From Ramazzottius varieornatus (taxonomy: Eukaryota > Animalia > Tardigrada), in contig BDGG01000001.1 of assembly GCA_001949185.1 (NCBI GenBank), positions 1,546,263 to 1,610,262 of the forward strand: a stretch of 64,000 nucleotides of DNA, given 5' to 3'. Position 1 is the first letter of the stretch; every line of letters starts with the position of its first letter. Made by a program: the position numbers and the translations under genes. A model generated the notes under the pieces. That model had not been told where the DNA came from, searched no databases, and saw only the letters and a list, made by a program, of their open reading frames with translations. Shown here in pieces: positions 1 to 12,845 of this stretch.

Positions 1-2817
1 AACAACAAAGAGGCACAAGTTCAGGTAGGCAGTCTCCGGTTGATTCATCAAATTCGTGTTGATCTGACACGATTCCATTACGCAAACATCGCTGTTCTTC
101 CCCGTCCGCGTAGCCTGATCGTTGTTGGCTTCGTTCTAGCTAAAGACTGGAAACCTCGGCCCAATGGCAGACTTCAATACTCCCGGAGCACGAGAAGCCA
201 AAGCCAAGCTGGACATGGCCCGTATCGCAGCACGTGTCAAAGAAGCAAAACAGAAACAGCTGACAGTCCAACAAAAGCCTCCACAAACACCCGGACAGAA
301 ACCCCCTGCTCAAAATCGACCTGGTACTACTAGGAGAAAACATTACTCTACACATTTGTGTTTCTGTGAATTTACTATAATTGTTGTAGGGGATACATCG
401 AAGAAGAAGCCAGAGACTGCTCCAACCTCGCTTCCGCCACCGAAGCTCAACAATCGTCCTGCTCAAAACGGCACGAACGCTTTCACTAAACCATCTATGC
501 AGAAGCCTTCCATCCCTCAGAAAATCTCTACGTTTCAGCCGTCGAACAAGCCTAGTCCTGCCACAAACGGGCCAGCAGTTGGTCGTCCTGATGGGTCTTC
601 ATCAGGACAGCTCAACAAGTCGTCTTCGAAGCCCCTTCAGACGAACGGACATTCTGTTCCCAACCATAACTCGAAGCCAACTTCAGTCCCCACCAAAAAG
701 CGCGTAAATCCTGCACCTCCGGTTCCGAGCTACCATGAATTACTCAATGCAGCCCAGAATCAGCATAAGGAACACATCCAAGAACCTGAAAAATTCTTCC
801 GTGCACCTGCGCCACCTGTGAAGAGGGTGGAGAGCGCTGCCTCGTCCAAGGGTGGACCACCAAGGTCGGGGGTGCAGAACACAGCCTTGTCTGACCGTCC
901 TGGACACGGTCAGGGTGACAGCCGGAATGGACCAGTCAAGAATTCCCGTCCAACCTCCAGCTTAGTAGCTCCACCTCCCAGCGAAGCACGCAGAAATTCC
1001 GCTTCCGCTGCTTCTTCCAGCGTCAAACCTTCTCTTCCTACAGCGAAGGTTCCAGGATCCTACCCAAAACGTCCAGTGGACGGAACTGTATCGTCCAAAA
1101 TTACTCCAGCTGGCGCGAAGTCATACGCCCACGTGGGAAACGGAAATCGGAATGTGCACCAAAGCGGTCAACATGCTGGAGTGCCTTCACGGGACAAGAT
1201 TCCTCCACCTGCTTCCAGCGTAAGCGTTTCCCGATCTCCTTTTGTCTTTACGATTTTTGGCACATATCCAAAGAAAACTGTGTATGGATTTTTACTCATT
1301 CAGTACCGTTATCTGTATCTCGCTTCCGGCGGAAGTGGAGCTCGATTTACATTTCTCATTTTAGGGTCGACCAACGCCTTCCAACCCCTCATCTTCTAAA
1401 CTTCCTCTCGCTCCTGCAAGGAGTCTTCCACTCAAGCCAGCTTCTTCAGAAGGCAGAAACCTACTGCCCAACGGAAAGTCGGCGGAAAGAAGCCAACCTG
1501 CAGTAACGAACGGTCGACCTGCCATTCGACCAGCTGCTACTTCCGGTCGTCCTCCAGTCCCTCCTGCCCGGCAAAACGGTCTACCTCTATCTACAAGGCT
1601 ACCTCCAGGGAAAATGGCTCCAGCCAGAAGGCAGGAACCTCCGGCACCGCCTCAGCCGGCACCTCGGCGGAATATCGTTTATCCGAACGGACCTTCCTTC
1701 CCTGCTTTCCGTCCAGGCTACAAAGGTAAATTACTGTAGTATCAGAAATTCAGACGAGATTTTCCTCACATTTCATCACAAAAACTTCAGTACTTCTTTA
1801 GCTTTCTACTCTTTTAGCGCCTAAGAGGAGGATTGAAGAGGACGAAGAGGAAGAGGACGATGACGATATGGCCGACTTCATTGATGACGGCGATATGGAC
1901 GAGGACAACTTCGATGTTTCGAAACATCTGCGGGAAATATTTCCCCGATACGATCCTCGAAGGTAAATCTTCTTTTTTGCATACATTATGTTCGAAAAAT
2001 ATGGGGAATTTTGATTCTTTCAGGTTTGTGGGAAGGGATGAAGATGATGACGACCTGGCTCATATGGAAACTCGCGTCGAAGATCAGTGGCGAGAAGAAG
2101 AGAGAAGGTAAATCAGATACTAAACCAGCGGCAGTACGTAAGAAAATGGCCAAATGACGATCCTCGACGAAGAGCTTTCCGAAAAACCTTCCGAAAAACC
2201 TTCGTACGAGGTACAGGACATAATTCGGGCATATCGATTTTCGCACCATAATTCGGGCAACGCAAAACGTTTGAACATTGTAATTGACACTTGATTGATT
2301 TCTCATCGTACGCGGGGTGATAAAACTTGGGCTGTTTGACATTGCACAGACCCATCTTCGTCCCAAGACAAATTCCTTTGAGCTTCGATGTTTTGTTGTT
2401 CCCTCACCTATCAATACTCTGGAAAGAGAGATTGATCTACCTCGGGAAGCAAGAAACAGGTGATTACTGCCTACAGGAGCGGAGAAAAAATATGCCCGGA
2501 TTATGGTATGAAAACCGCTTTGCCCGAATTATGTCCTGCACCTCGTATAGAAATCTTGCAGTGCAAGAAGAAACTCAGAGGCTGCTAACAGCTTTCCCGG
2601 TGTTACAGTTACTAACAGATAGTCTGACCTGGTATTGTGGTCAACAAAAATACAGCAGGTTAACGAAAATGACTAATAAACTGCCGGTGTTCCTTTCCCA
2701 CGTTTTAGTGCTAAAATTGGTGAGCTCGAAGACGAGTTGGAAGAAGAGCTGGAGCAACTACATGCAAAAGTCCAGCGCGTCAAAGCAATCAAGAACAAGA
2801 AAGCCAGGAAGTTCTAA
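1..2817 (+). CDS. SPT2: SPT2 chromatin protein / histone chaperone (SPTY2D1-like), 5'-partial, multi-exon
   Basis: Exons about 1-24, 140-323, 390-1219, 1365-1725, 1818-1962, 2024-2107, 2709-2817 join in frame via GT-AG introns. A long Pro/Ser/Lys-rich region is followed by the SPT2 C-terminal motif DDDDMADFIDD...DVSKHLREIFPRYDPRRF...DDDLAHMETRVEDQWREEERSAKIGELED. Confidence 0.88.
2207..2545. mobile_element. Tc1/mariner-type MITE in the last SPT2 intron
   Basis: About 50-bp imperfect TIRs (CGAGGTRCAGGACATAATTCGGGCA...), each containing a repeated ATAAT(T/C)CGGGCA motif. TA on both flanks (2205-06, 2546-47). No coding capacity. Confidence 0.85.
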
Positions 2818-3903
2818 CGCATCCAAACAAACATCCTCTCAAAAATACTTTACTTTTCTAATTCAGAGTCTTTCTCTTTTAATCTATATATCCTAAGTTC
2901 ATGAACCTAACAAAAGCTATCTGTGTTACCGATACGGGACATTCCTTGAAGGAAGGGCCTCTTTGTGATTTTTGCCTGTTGATGTTCTTTTAAGCTCATG
3001 CAGTTGCTCTTCCCGGTGCCGTTCTCTATGATACATCGTTGTACAGCGGGACAGTTTATACTCATGAATTTCTATTTCTAGTTCGGTTGTTTATATTCTA
3101 AAATCCAAGCTTTGAATCTGTTTTTGTAATACTCGAATTCACATCGATAACTCTCATTGATAAAAATGGGGCTGTGCAGACAAAGCGTTCACGATCGTTA
3201 CTTAAAATGGCGCACAGTTTCATTGTTTTTGGCTGGAAGTTTGCGCCATTCAAAAAATCGGTTGTCCAGCTTTCCAACACTGCTGTACATGGTTCTGTTG
3301 CCAGAATTAAAATGCACGACCACGATGGCGCCGATTGGAAAGAGGAGAGGCTCGTTGAAATCGCATCAAGAGAATATTTTCGCACGGATGTCAACAATGG
3401 AAACTTGTGAAAGTGTAGTAATGTGCGACTAAAGCTGTGATTGTTTACGCATTGTTCGGCCATGGTTTGGACCCTTATCGCGCATTAGGCCTTCATCAAT
3501 AATAGCCGATCTTTTTTTCCTTGCGTAGACCTTCCAGATGAGAGGGCGGCTTCCATCAAGGTCCACGTTATAATCAGTCTGCTGTCCAGACAGTTGACAC
3601 ATTCCTGCACAATGACTCGGAAAATGATGCTGAATTGCCTGACTTCTGTAGGTTCTTCACCAGACAGTACTCTGTCTTTTGACGAACTTGGTCGAGCCTT
3701 GGCAATCATTAATTTTGCTTGTCAGTACTCTCTCCTTGCTTCTGCTGCTTTGCCGAGCTTCGTGGAAAACATCTCACTCTGTCCGACAAGTCTTTCATTC
3801 AGCAGAATCCCAGCCAAAACCTTGCCAACTTTATCCTGTTCACTTTTTCATGTCTATGCACGCTTCTGCTTTGCTCGCTTACTGTTCCATCCCATCTTCC
3901 ATC

Positions 3904-4721
3904 ATGTATCGCCAATTGCTTTCGGTCATCCTCTTAGCCGTCATTGTGGTGGAATTAACTTCCGGTCTTCCGTGGCAATTGGCGCATATAGTAAGTAAAA
4001 TACCACACTTTTCAAAAGGGACGTTTTTTGGTTTATGCGAAAGTATTCAACCTTTCCGAACTTCATAAAAATTTACAGAGCGCAAAAATATTCGACCGTA
4101 GTAAACATGTCACCTTTCTTTCAGAACACGAACTCTGATTTGACGTTTCCTTCCTTCTCCTCTACCACTGAGAAGCCGGACGCCTGGAAAGATCGAGCCG
4201 CCCTTGGATTGCTGGACAGCGGTGTCGAGGGTTCCGGGTACGCTGCCGACGCTCCCTCTGACGACAGCGACCTCGAAGGAAGTGGTGCTCCCAAGATCTT
4301 CCTCAAGAGCGACGCCCAATTCGCCCCAGCGGATCAAGCCAATGGTTCCTTGTCATCGGTCTCTGGAGGATCTTCAAGCTATCCGGCTAACTTCGCTTCG
4401 ACTCTTCAACAGGACGGTGCGGTGATGACGTTCCCCGTTGTGGACAACAGCACGGCAAAGGTTGACAGTCAAGTCGACGTCGGCATGGTTCTTGGGTATG
4501 TGGACAGAGCTTCGGTAGGTTTCACGAGTCAAAGTCCTGCGGATGACGTCGTTGCAGTTTACATCAGCCTGAAGAACGGGAAGACCGCGTCTGGTACTCT
4601 GACCTCGCTGAATATTGTGGAGGATGTATTAATGGCTTTGTACGGTACAGGTAGTGTTGAGCTCGCAAGTTCTACTCTGCCCATCACACCGACGCAAAGT
4701 AATGCTACTCAGTCAAACTAG
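3904..4721 (+). CDS. Secreted uncharacterized protein (about 227 aa) with acidic Ser-Gly motifs, proteoglycan-like
   Basis: Exon 3904-3990 encodes a signal peptide (MYRQLLSVILLAVIVVELTSG). Phase-0 intron 3991-4124. Exon 4125-4721 contains DSGVEGSG and DDSDLEGSG. Confidence 0.7.
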
Positions 4722-5269
4722 TATCCGGGAGGCAATCGTCTTGAACCGTGGATGAGCGTAACGAGTTCGCCAGTTCGGGAATAATTTCTTAACACTATTA
4801 TTACTCAAAGTCATGCATTTACATCTTCCTTCCTGTCTTGTCTCTTCCCATTCCAAACTTCCATTTCCGTTGTTATTTTATTTACTTTCCCGTTCAGGAG
4901 AAGTATTTTCCGACATGGCCGTGGCTAGGATCTTCGAATTCACCGGCCTAGATAATCGTTTCTACTAAACTGAACCAACTGATGAGCTCGGTGGGTCTCC
5001 TTACCTTGCACTATTGTAATAGGACATTAATTTAGACTGCTGTCACAGACATAGGATCTGTTGGTCTGTTCACGTACAGTAGCTCGCGGCAACAACGTGG
5101 CCGCGAACTCGCGATGTTCTTGTACTGTACGGTCATCAACAGTAACCACGCTCATCGACATCTCTGAGCTGCAGTAGGAGGTAACTGCCATCCTCGCGAA
5201 AAAAACCATTGTTTGCAATGGCCGCATACTGGTAGGGCTTTTCCGGAGTAGGTCCTTTTGGCTTATTTC

Positions 5270-7685
5270 ATGCCGCGCTCCCGTCGAGCTGGGCGTCCTT
5301 CCTGGTTTGTATCTGTACGCCCGGTACTTCGACTTGCGCGACTGCGTATTCTTCTTCAGGTCCTCGTTGTTTTTATTGTTGTGCTGGTGTTTAGTGTCTT
5401 CCTTCGGTGGTTTGTTTCTTTTGATGTTCCGTTATCTGGTCTCAAAAGTGATCTTCACTCTTCCCGTAAAGATCTGGTACATGCTGATAAATTAATATTG
5501 CGGAGCTTGCATCAAGGAGATCCACGGGCCACAAAGTATAAACGAACCGGTGTAACTTTATTCCATTACGATAACGCACAATCCCAGCTTCTTTGTTTCT
5601 CCCGATGCGTCAAGTGTTCCTGCGTGTCTTTCAGATGCCACAGCATCCAGTATTCTACGAACTTGCCATCTGTGAGCGTCATCATTGTCTTCTATAACGA
5701 GAAGCTGCATATCTTGCTGCGAACAATATGGAGCGTTCTCCTGAGGACTCCTCCGCATCTCCTGACCCAGACCATCCTAGTGGACGACGGCAGCAAAAAT
5801 GGTACTCAGTGAAAGAACGTTCGAATTTTCAGATCCCTTCGATCTTGCTGGATTTCTTTTTGTCAGAAGACTTTTGGACTTAATAAGCTAGAGCTGCTCA
5901 ATTCAGTCTTTCTCCTTTACGGTGCATTATCCAATGCTTCCAGAAGATCTTCAACACGATTTGAGCCGGTACCTCGCACAGTACTTCCCCTCGAATCTCA
6001 TCCAGCTGCGAAGATTCCAGACTAACAGAGGCTTAATCAAAGCTCGCCTAGATGGCGCCACCGCGGCGAAGGCGGAAGTGCTGGTGTTTCTCGATTCGCA
6101 CTGCGAGGTGTCCGTAGGATGGTAAGTGGTGCGTGTGTCTGCACAAGACAGTCTTCCAGAATTGCACTTTGGAAGCTGAATGGAGCATACTTCAGGTTGG
6201 AACCACTGCTGGAACGGATTAAGGAGAACCGGAAGGTGTTTGCCTGTCCCGTAGTAGACTCAATGAACGAAGAGACGCTTGACTACGAACCCATCGTTGG
6301 ATTCAGAGCTACAGGACTGTTTTCCTGGTCCATGTATTTCACATGGGGTCGACGACACGAGGACGATGTACCCGACGAAGATGACTGGAAACCTTACCGG
6401 TAGCTATTGTTGTAGCTGATCCATGCTCAATTGTATCAAATGAGTTACTGTTGCTGTTTCTGCAGAACAGCGACTTTTCCTGGAGGACTGTTTGCGGTCG
6501 AACGGAAGTGGTTTTTCCAAGTCGGCTCTTACGACGAGAAAATGGATGGGTGGGGCGGAGAGAATCTGGAGATGTCCTTCCGGGTTAGAAAATTCAAAAC
6601 CAAGCTCTTGCATTAATTTAGGTGGAACGTTTCCTTCTCGAGCCAAGGATATCAATCTTTCTCTATTGGCAGGTCTGGATGTGCCATGGGTCTATCGAAT
6701 TTGTTCCTTGTTCCAGAGTAGCTCACTGTGCGCATCAGCTGCCTGATCCATTAATATTTAGGGTTGAAATGATGTTCTGTATGCTTCCAGTATCGAGAAC
6801 CAATAATACACTCAACTACGAAGCCACCAACAAAAACCTCGTACGACTGGCGCATGTTTGGCTGGATGATTACATTCGGCTCTTCCATCTTGCTCGTCCA
6901 GAACTGAAGGTATCAGTATGGGTTACCAATGCCGGTCTTTCTTTCTCCTATTTCCGTACAAGCTTTTCTGCTGTGTATATTAAAGGGTATAGAAACATCG
7001 ATGGATCTCTCATCCAGAAAGCGCGTCCGCGCCCGGCTGAAATGCCACAACTTCAAATGGTTCCTCGACAACATCCGCCCGCAGAAATTTGTCCCAGACG
7101 ACAACGTTCAAGCTTGGGGAAGAGTACGAAACGCCCAGTCTAATCGGTGTCTTACTGTTGAAAACTTTGACGAACACCAAGCTTTTCCGTTCGTAACGCG
7201 GCCATGTGTTTCTAACACGTCCACCAATTATATCCTGCAGGTGGGTGAGTTAGGTATTCCGGCTTCATCTTGGCTTGAGTGGCACACGAACCTTCTCACT
7301 GCTGACACGATATATTTTCTAGTTGTTCTCACTGGACAAGACCGGTATGCTGCGCCGGGAAGAATGGTGCCTTGACAGTGTGCATGGAGAGCGGGCCAAC
7401 AAAACCACCTTGACTAGAATCAGCTCCTACCATTGTGACGACAGGATCGCTAGCTCATGGGTACATTTGTCCGAGGTACGCGTAGGGCCAGAAAACATTC
7501 TTCATTGAAATACTAATGTCAGTCGTGTAACGTCTGGTTTGATGTCGTCCCAGGGATCGCAGTTAATCAACGTACAGTCCGCTTTATGCTTGACCACCAC
7601 CGGAAACCAGGAAGTTGGACTATCCCCTTGCGAAAAAGGCACAAGATTGTCTCATCAGTCTTGGATATTTGATTTCTATCTCTGA
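5270..7685 (+). CDS. GALNT: Polypeptide N-acetylgalactosaminyltransferase (GT27), copy 1
   Basis: Type II TM anchor; [27 protein letters not shown] (DxH), [42 protein letters not shown]; C-terminal ricin-type lectin repeats; about 10 exons; stop TGA 7683-85. Confidence 0.93.
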
Positions 7686-8051
7686 ATGGAATCTTTTGTG
7701 GGCCTACTGTACTTACCGTCATTACTACTGCTCTGATGAACTGTTCGCATATATATTTTGATGCAAAGTACGATGGCGATGCATGCGCCGCTTTAAATCG
7801 CTGTTTCCGGTTTTCACAACAGAGTAACACACTGAGCAAGTGTCACTTATTCTTTTGCCTCCGGCCAGCATACAGAGTTCATCGGCTCAGCACATAAGCA
7901 ATAAAAACCCTTACTCTCTCGAACGATCAAGGTATTAAATATTATACATTCTCCGTCTGCATTTGTACATGTACCGAAAAATTCTTTGTGCCATGCGAAT
8001 CTTTTGCATATTCCAGCCATTTCCATTGCCGAATGCTGTGAACATTTCGTT

Positions 8052-10753
8052 ATGGGTCAGTCGGCCATTGAAACCCGTTCACGAGCGCAAAGTTCCCGTA
8101 GTTACCTATGCATTCCTCGACGAATATCACGTTCATTGGCCGTCATCATATTCTGCTCATGCGTCTCGACAGCGGCGATTCTGGGATTGCGAGCCAGCTC
8201 GACCCATTCAGATGCCACTACGCCATCTCTTGCAAGGCAGGCTGAGGATGTGCAAGCGTTGGAAGACTGGAGAAAGGCGGTGTCGGCGAAAGGAGATTCA
8301 GAGAACGGAGCAGAACCTTTCCTGAATGCCAACTATGAAACTCGCTCGGACCAGGTGGCGGAGGATGCGCCAGGTGAGCTGGGCAAGCCGGTGCCTTTCT
8401 CCACTTTTAAAATCTCACAAGAGGAAGCACTGGAGATGTTCAAAAAGGAGCAATTCAACTTGATGGCCAGCGGTATTATTTCATTACAACGAAAGCTTCC
8501 TGATTACCGAGGTGACAGGTAAGCCAGTTACATCTACCGGCCCAAAACTTTCTTACTTTTCTACATGGTTCACATGCTGACCGTATATTCCCATTCAGGT
8601 GTCGCCTAGAAAAATATGCAAAAAATCTACCGACTGCCAGCGTGATCATTGTACTGTACAACGAGCCACTGTCGTCGCTGTTGCGAACCGTCTGGAGCGT
8701 CATCAATCGGACACGGCCCAGACTTTTGGGGGAAGTGATCTTGGTTGATGATGCAAGCGAAAGAGGTAAGTACTTCGTATAAGCATTTACCATTATGCTG
8801 CAAAAAACTGTCACGTTACCCCTTGGTATTCGAACGTCACGAAATGCTTTTTGCAGAAGAACTCAGGGGGAAGCTTGAAAAGTATTTGCTTGATCACTTT
8901 GAGGGCAAAGTGAAAATACTGCGCCACCTGCAGCACAAAGGTCTCATTCAGGTGAGCCTTTTTCAGCGCTATCCCGCCATAAAGACGTACAAGACCTTTC
9001 CCAATTGTATACGCTTTGCACTAGGCGAAGCTTCTGGGAGCTAAGAGCGCAACCGGTGACGTACTGGTCTTTCTGGACAGCCATTGTGAGGTGGCTGTTG
9101 GCTGGTAAGGCAACATCCATCACGTTCCGAGTTAATCTATACTGACAACCCGGACTATGTATATTTAAAGGCTGGAACCCTTGCTTACTCGTATCAAAGC
9201 TAACCGGAAGGTCGTTGCATGTCCACTGGTGGACACACTGAAAGCGGAGGATCTCAGCCTTGTCCCATCGGCCTCATGGGCAACTGGACTGTTCACCTGG
9301 TCCTTGTACTACAAGTGGGGATTCAACGGAATGACTGCCGCAGAAACCCAACGTGTCAAAGACGTATCCTTCGAACCACATAAGTGAATTATACTATGCG
9401 TGACACACCTTCACAAACAAACTGCGTAAAAGTAACCTGCGTATACCAACAGGACGCCGACTTTTCCGGGTGGACTCTTTGCCATTGACCGATCATGGTT
9501 CTTTGAGGTCGGATCGTACGACGAAGAAATGCAAGGCTGGGGTGGTAAGTCAGTAAACTGTAGCTCCTGAAATCAGCCGAGATGGTCACCGTTCGACGGG
9601 TTTGCAGGGGAGAATTTGGAGATGTCCTTTAGAGTATGGATGTGCGGGGGAGAAATAGAATTCGTGCCTTGTTCCCGAGTGGCACACGGTAGGTGAAGTT
9701 TCGCGCCGATTCGATCGTGCATTGTTTTTTTGTGGATTTGTTTCATGAAAATAATTGACAATCCTTTGGCTAAAGTTTCCAGAGACCATACTTATACGTT
9801 CGACCACGAGACTCAAGCAATCAACGGTGCTCGCTTGGCGGAAGTATGGCTGGATGACTACAGACGATTATTCTATGCGAACAAACCTTCCATTCGCGTA
9901 CGTGAAAGTGTCTAACCACAATCGGAAAAAGGTTTTTTTTCGTTTAAAAAGTTCTCTGCGGTTTTGTCAGAATGCATCTGTTGGCGACCTGTCGGCAAGG
10001 AAGCGCCTTCGAGAGAAACTGCAGTGTCACACCTTCAGATGGTATCTGGAGAATGTGTACGCAGAGAAATTTGTGCCCGACGAAAACGTTCTTGCATATG
10101 GCCAGGTAGCAACCGTTTGAAGTGCTCATACTCCCTTCTGGTCGAAGCATTCTCGTTGCGCAACATCCGTTGTTCCAGATACGAAATCCGGCAACAAACT
10201 TATGTCTCCACACAGACCTCGTCGACGAGCATGGCAGCAGCACCTTCTCTTGTCAAAGTTGTATTTCACCACAGTCTACTTCGAGCGGTTCCTTCTCCTA
10301 TGCTCGCCAGGTATTTCAAATACTTTCTGCTGAGCAATAAATGTACCAGTAAGGTTTGTTGTTGTGCTCCAGTTGTTTTCTCTGAGTAAAGACAACGAGC
10401 TGCGCCGAGAAGAATGGTGCATAGACGTATCCACTGTTCCTGCCACACCCACCGATCCACTGACTATCGCCGAATTCCTCTGCAAACCAACGTCCCCACG
10501 GAGATGGGAACTAACACAGGTAATAATACCTTAGGAAGCATATGCCTTCTGATTGCCCAACGGTGGTTGATCCTTGCAGAGTCAGCAGCTTTCGAACATC
10601 AACTCCAGAAAATGCCTAGAGTCCTTCCAACACAAGGTTATCCTGGCTCCTTGTGATGCGTCCTCCGCCAGCCAGAGATGGCAGTTTGTACCTGCCAGCC
10701 TCTCGCATTCAAGCATAGGCACCACGCCTATCTCTACTCGTACCAACACGTAA
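8052..10753 (+). CDS. GALNT: Polypeptide N-acetylgalactosaminyltransferase (GT27), copy 2
   Basis: TM anchor, stem APGELGKPV...[70 protein letters not shown], ricin lectin ending SQRWQF; stop TAA 10751-53. Confidence 0.93.
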
Positions 10754-10861
10754 AGAGGTTCGGCAGACCAATCTTTATCACTGAATAAAATGTCTTTCCG
10801 GCGCACTCCACTGAGTACTCATCGGGTATTCCATCGACATGTTTTCCAGAGCTGGTACATA

Positions 10862-11221
10862 CTGTATTACCTCCAAGGTTCTGCGCAGTCACGTGACATG
10901 CAATTGAGCTACACCCTATGCACTTTTTACTGTGCAACGAGTTGATTATTTGATTGTGGCCCAACGCGTTACCACTTGTTATGCCAGAACCTCTGTACAT
11001 GCTAGCTAATCAGGAAGAGAGTTTGGATATTCCTGATGATTTAGAAGCGTCTTTCGAGTGGAGTTTCAGTTCGGTGGAAGATTGATTCACGGAAGAATAA
11101 AGTGTTACTGTGCTTTAATGGATCGCTGTCCTCGATTGAAGACACGGAAACTTTTTTGTCCCCGCCAGGTAATCTTTACGAGCATGTCACGTGACTGCGC
11201 AGAACCTAGGAGGTAATACAG
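10862..11221. mobile_element. MITE (360 bp, about 40-bp TIR, TA TSD), copy A
   Basis: Left end CTGTATTACCTCCAAGGTTCTGCGCAGTCACGTGACATGC. The right end is its reverse complement with 1 mismatch. TA on both flanks. A highly similar copy lies at about 40310-40667. Confidence 0.92.
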
Positions 11222-11289
11222 TACGTCTGTGATTTGTACTGTGATTTCTGGCATGAAAATTAACGAAATGTTACCGGACAGGCCGATTA

Positions 11290-12519
11290 TCAAAGAGCAA
11301 AAAACTCTGCTCTGGATGAACGTGAGATCAAATTTAATAAATGTTGTTCTTGAGCACACTGTGGTATGCCGTTGCGTTCCAGTCTTTGTCCGCCTGTTCC
11401 ATCATCTGGTTGTACTTTTCTTTGTTTACTAATCTCATTCGATTCAAGATCTGGATAACAAAAGAGATAGAATCAACTCCCACTTCCGTGCAAGTACAGA
11501 AAACCAACTAAATTTCCAATTAAAATATCAGCCCTCGTACCTCAACAACTTCTTGCGAAATCTTTTCCCTGTAAAAGCTTTCTCGCCCCATCGACTTCAT
11601 TTGATCGAGGAAGTTCTGCCTTTCCTCTAGTTCCTCGATCACTGCAATAAATTTCGCTCATAGTAAAACGATCAGTTTTATTATGAGGTACAACCAGCTT
11701 AGAGTTCTCTGATTATATCCATACGAACATTGGTCAAACTCGGCAGGCGGCGTTACGGGACTTGGAGGTCTTTTAAGGCTTTTCACTTCGGAGGGAATGT
11801 CCACCGCTTCCCTTCCGAACAACATGATAGTTTGTAATCGACGCTTCTCTTTTTCTCGATCCATAACTGGAAAGTCCGTGAAAGGCAATTATGGAAAAGT
11901 AGAATCGAAGAGTCAAATTGGCTATCATGAAGGAAGCACTGCTTGGACCAACCTTTGTATCGTGCGACTTCGTTTCGAACGTCATAGGCACCAGATCCCA
12001 TGATGGCATCTTGCGACCTCTTAGACCGCCGGAAGTGGCTTGCCAGCTCGAACAATTCTTCCACTGACATATCATTCAGTCCTTTTCGACGAGGTGGAAC
12101 GTAGACCGGGTATGCGGGGACCTCTTCTCGCAGCAAGGATGTGAACGAGTCCGCTCGAAGGTTCGCTTTGCCATTCTCTACAACAAGGGTAAACCATGGC
12201 CTATCTATGGCAGGAACATTCATTCCAAAGCGCACTCTCATGGATCAAGGAAGGACGGAAAGTCATCGTCTTACTGCAGCCCACTTTTGATCACGCTGGC
12301 CGTATTCCGGAGTCGATTGGCGATCTTGGCTTCGTCCCACAGCGCTGTAATTCAAAATATATCGTCAGGGAACCTTATGGCCAAAGTCAGCAGTATCGAG
12401 AAAAAGCAGCCAGATTGCATACCTTTACGAAACTCGGAAGAGTGTGGACTCGAAGGTAAAGTGGACGAAGAGGACCACATGGAGACGCCTTCTTGAACTG
12501 GTCGATAAGGTTTGTCCAT
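11290..12519 (-). CDS. UPF0193 / EVG1 (C22orf23-like) protein
   Basis: Spliced: MDKPYRPVQEGVSMWSS...RKALWDEAKIANR...SGAYDVR...MDREKEKRRLQTIMLFG...FDQLIEELEERQNFLDQMKSMGRESFYREKISQE. This matches the recalled UPF0193 pattern EKEKxRLQxI...FxELxxEIxERxxFLxxMxxxG. The last exon end is approximate. Confidence 0.75.
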
Positions 12520-12845
12520 TCTTGGGTGGCGGCGAAACGCTAGGACAAACTGCCGACTCAACGTTAAGAATGAAAGCACACTTGTACCGCAAGTGTTGTT
12601 CACAGCTAACGCAGAGTATGTGTTGCCAAGATCCACTACAGGCATTATTAGTCCAGCCTCAACTGGCAATGGTTAGGGCAAACACGAATGATCCGGGCCA
12701 TCTCTTCAATCGATTCCGAGGTTCGAAAGTCGGTTTGAACGTTCTAAACATCCATAAAACTGTTAACCGTAAAAAAAGTCAGCCGCATCATCTCAAAACG
12801 AAGCACACCAAAGATCCTAGGAATATTTGGCACGAGAGATCAAGA

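Noticed and set aside
2986-3900. Short overlapping ORFs between SPT2 and the secreted gene
   Set aside because: No domain, no coherent exon chain; likely UTR or promoter sequence.
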